Position numbers and translations under genes: made by a program. Positions 62,645 to 64,000 of a DNA stretch of 64,000 bases are shown in pieces; within the stretch, counting starts at the first letter, position 1, and each line of letters starts with the position of its first letter. The notes under the pieces are model-generated. The model was not told the origin of the DNA. It did not search any database and saw nothing but the letters and a program-made list of their open reading frames with translations. Origin of the DNA: Porphyridium purpureum (Eukaryota); NCBI GenBank assembly GCA_008690995.1, contig VRMN01000006.1:496001-560000 (forward strand), in the 5' to 3' direction.

Positions 62645-64000
62645 TTATTTTGTAAGATAGACGAGCTTTTCTGGTCCGAGCTCATACACGCCCTTTCCTT
62701 GCTTCCGCACGCGAGTAGCCATCACTTGGAACCGTTCAATGCAAGAATGTAAGCTGTCGAATGCTGCGGCCTCATTCCCGCCACCTTCAGTAAGTGCCTT
62801 CATAAATTTCTCCGCTCCGTCTGGGCAAATGACTGTTCCCATGCAGTATGTCATGCCCACCTGCGCCTGTTCGCACATGAGCTGATCTGTAGCCGAGCCT
62901 GCGTTGCATGCCGCAACAAGCTCGGCCGCCTTGGCGCACTTCTGTCCAACCTCTTGAGAGATTTGGCCTAGCTTCTCTGTGGTTAGCGAGGTTAGAAACT
63001 CAAACTCTTTCGCATCGCTCACCGTCTGGCTCGGGTCCGGAAGTTTCTTTTCGACGGGGCGCGACGTCGATGGGTGCGTTATACTGGACTGCTCCGATGC
63101 GCCCCCCACGGCAGGAGATGTCGGAATCAGGCGACGGAAGCCCTGCATAGCAATACTGGCGCGATTCTGCGAGCGGTCGACAAGACTAGCCACTGAATCG
63201 AGTGCTGGGCGCACGTCTATTTCAATCGGGTCGCCCTTGCCGCTCTTTTTCTCATTATAGTAGTAATCGATCACGTATCGTACCTGAGTGCCGCATCTGT
63301 CCACGACCCAATCGTGCCGATCAAACGGCTTCTCATAGCCTAGCCAGCTCCACGCGCGTGCAGCAGGTGAGAGTTGGTCCGGTTTCCCCTGGAATCGAAC
63401 GAGCGATGGCGCGTCGCACTCGGTACAGTGGAAGCGCCTCTCCCACTCCAGAACTTCTTTCCAGGTCCTCTCGTTCATGTTATTATGCACGCGAACCACC
63501 ACATCCATATCGTGCTCTTTAACGTCGTCGGCCTTGCCCTTGCGCTTCAGAGCGTTGTAAAACATTTGCGGCGATGGATACACCCACCTTTCGGACTGCT
63601 CTGCGCCTGTCGTTGCGTGGCCCTTTGGAATAGACGACACCTCTCGGCCAATTTCTAGCGGCACCGTCTGCCCTGGCGATGGCAGCTGGTTCGGCGTGGC
63701 AGGCATCATGTTATCAGGATTCAGCTCCTGGCTACACACGTCGTACAGCTTGTGCCTTTTATCATGCGGAACCGGGCACTTATCCTGCGGAGGCGCGGAC
63801 ACAGCCTCTGCACTAGAGCTTTCCACATCCGTCACGCCTGTCGAAGCCGCCATCTTCGCGTGGTCGACGGGACACGCACGAGCCTGATTCTCTTGCGCCG
63901 CAGCCACCATCTTCGAATGATCGACCGGGCACGCGCCGCCGATTTCCTCGCGGCGAGGCTCTGTTCCTGGCACCGCAGACACCGCGGGCGACGCGAGCGC
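62645..64000 (-). CDS. HCCS: Holocytochrome c synthase (cytochrome c/c1 heme lyase) with C-terminal twin-CX9C extension; 5' end outside the window
   Basis: Three CPV heme-regulatory motifs; WVYPSPQMFYNAL.RKG, VHNNMNERTW, FDRHDW.VDRCG..VRYVIDYY, DVRPALDS. The frame is open to the window edge. Confidence 0.94.
   Translation of the reverse strand, partial: ALASPAVSAVPGTEPRREEIGGACPVDHSKMVAAAQENQARACPVDHAKMAASTGVTDVESSSAEAVSAPPQDKCPVPHDKRHKLYDVCSQELNPDNMMPATPNQLPSPGQTVPLEIGREVSSIPKGHATTGAEQSERWVYPSPQMFYNALKRKGKADDVKEHDMDVVVRVHNNMNERTWKEVLEWERRFHCTECDAPSLVRFQGKPDQLSPAARAWSWLGYEKPFDRHDWVVDRCGTQVRYVIDYYYNEKKSGKGDPIEIDVRPALDSVASLVDRSQNRASIAMQGFRRLIPTSPAVGGASEQSSITHPSTSRPVEKKLPDPSQTVSDAKEFEFLTSLTTEKLGQISQEVGQKCAKAAELVAACNAGSATDQLMCEQAQVGMTYCMGTVICPDGAEKFMKALTEGGGNEAAAFDSLHSCIERFQVMATRVRKQGKGVYELGPEKLVYLTK

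Overview
Eukaryotic nuclear DNA that is gene-dense, GC-rich and essentially intron-free. The rRNA, the plastid-transit-like N-termini and the gene set point to a unicellular red alga (Porphyridium-like); this is an inference, not a database match. The window has three zones. (1) 1-11.4 kb is a nested transposon cluster: a degenerate Copia element interrupted by a solo LTR, a gag-like relic split by a full-length GalEa-like Copia element (221-bp LTRs differing at one site, GTTAG target-site duplication, palindrome where the tRNA primer-binding site should be), and a Tc1/Tc3-type DNA transposon with IR/DR ends. (2) 13.7-20.4 kb is a single, non-tandem rDNA unit (18S-5.8S-28S) on the minus strand, head-to-head with a very GC-rich YnbB/methionine-gamma-lyase-like gene. 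(3) 22.9-64 kb holds about 22 protein genes: UFC1, a CTC1-like protein, two SEN1-like helicase paralogs with near-identical patches, a CCR4-like EEP hydrolase, a fucosyltransferase-like protein, VTE6/DUF92, an RNase III-like protein, REI1, a P450, ACLA, thylakoid signal peptidase, a JmjC protein, a TMEM181/Wntless-like membrane domain fused to a class-3 lipase, CPSF30, a C2-domain protein, a bacterial-type NitT/TauT ABC ATPase, and HCCS with a twin-CX9C tail. The best leads are PBS-less hairpin priming of the Copia elements, the Wntless-like/lipase fusion, the solitary rDNA unit with its attached gene, and a telo-box/AACGGTT promoter module shared by REI1 and CPSF30. All family assignments come from motif recognition by eye.
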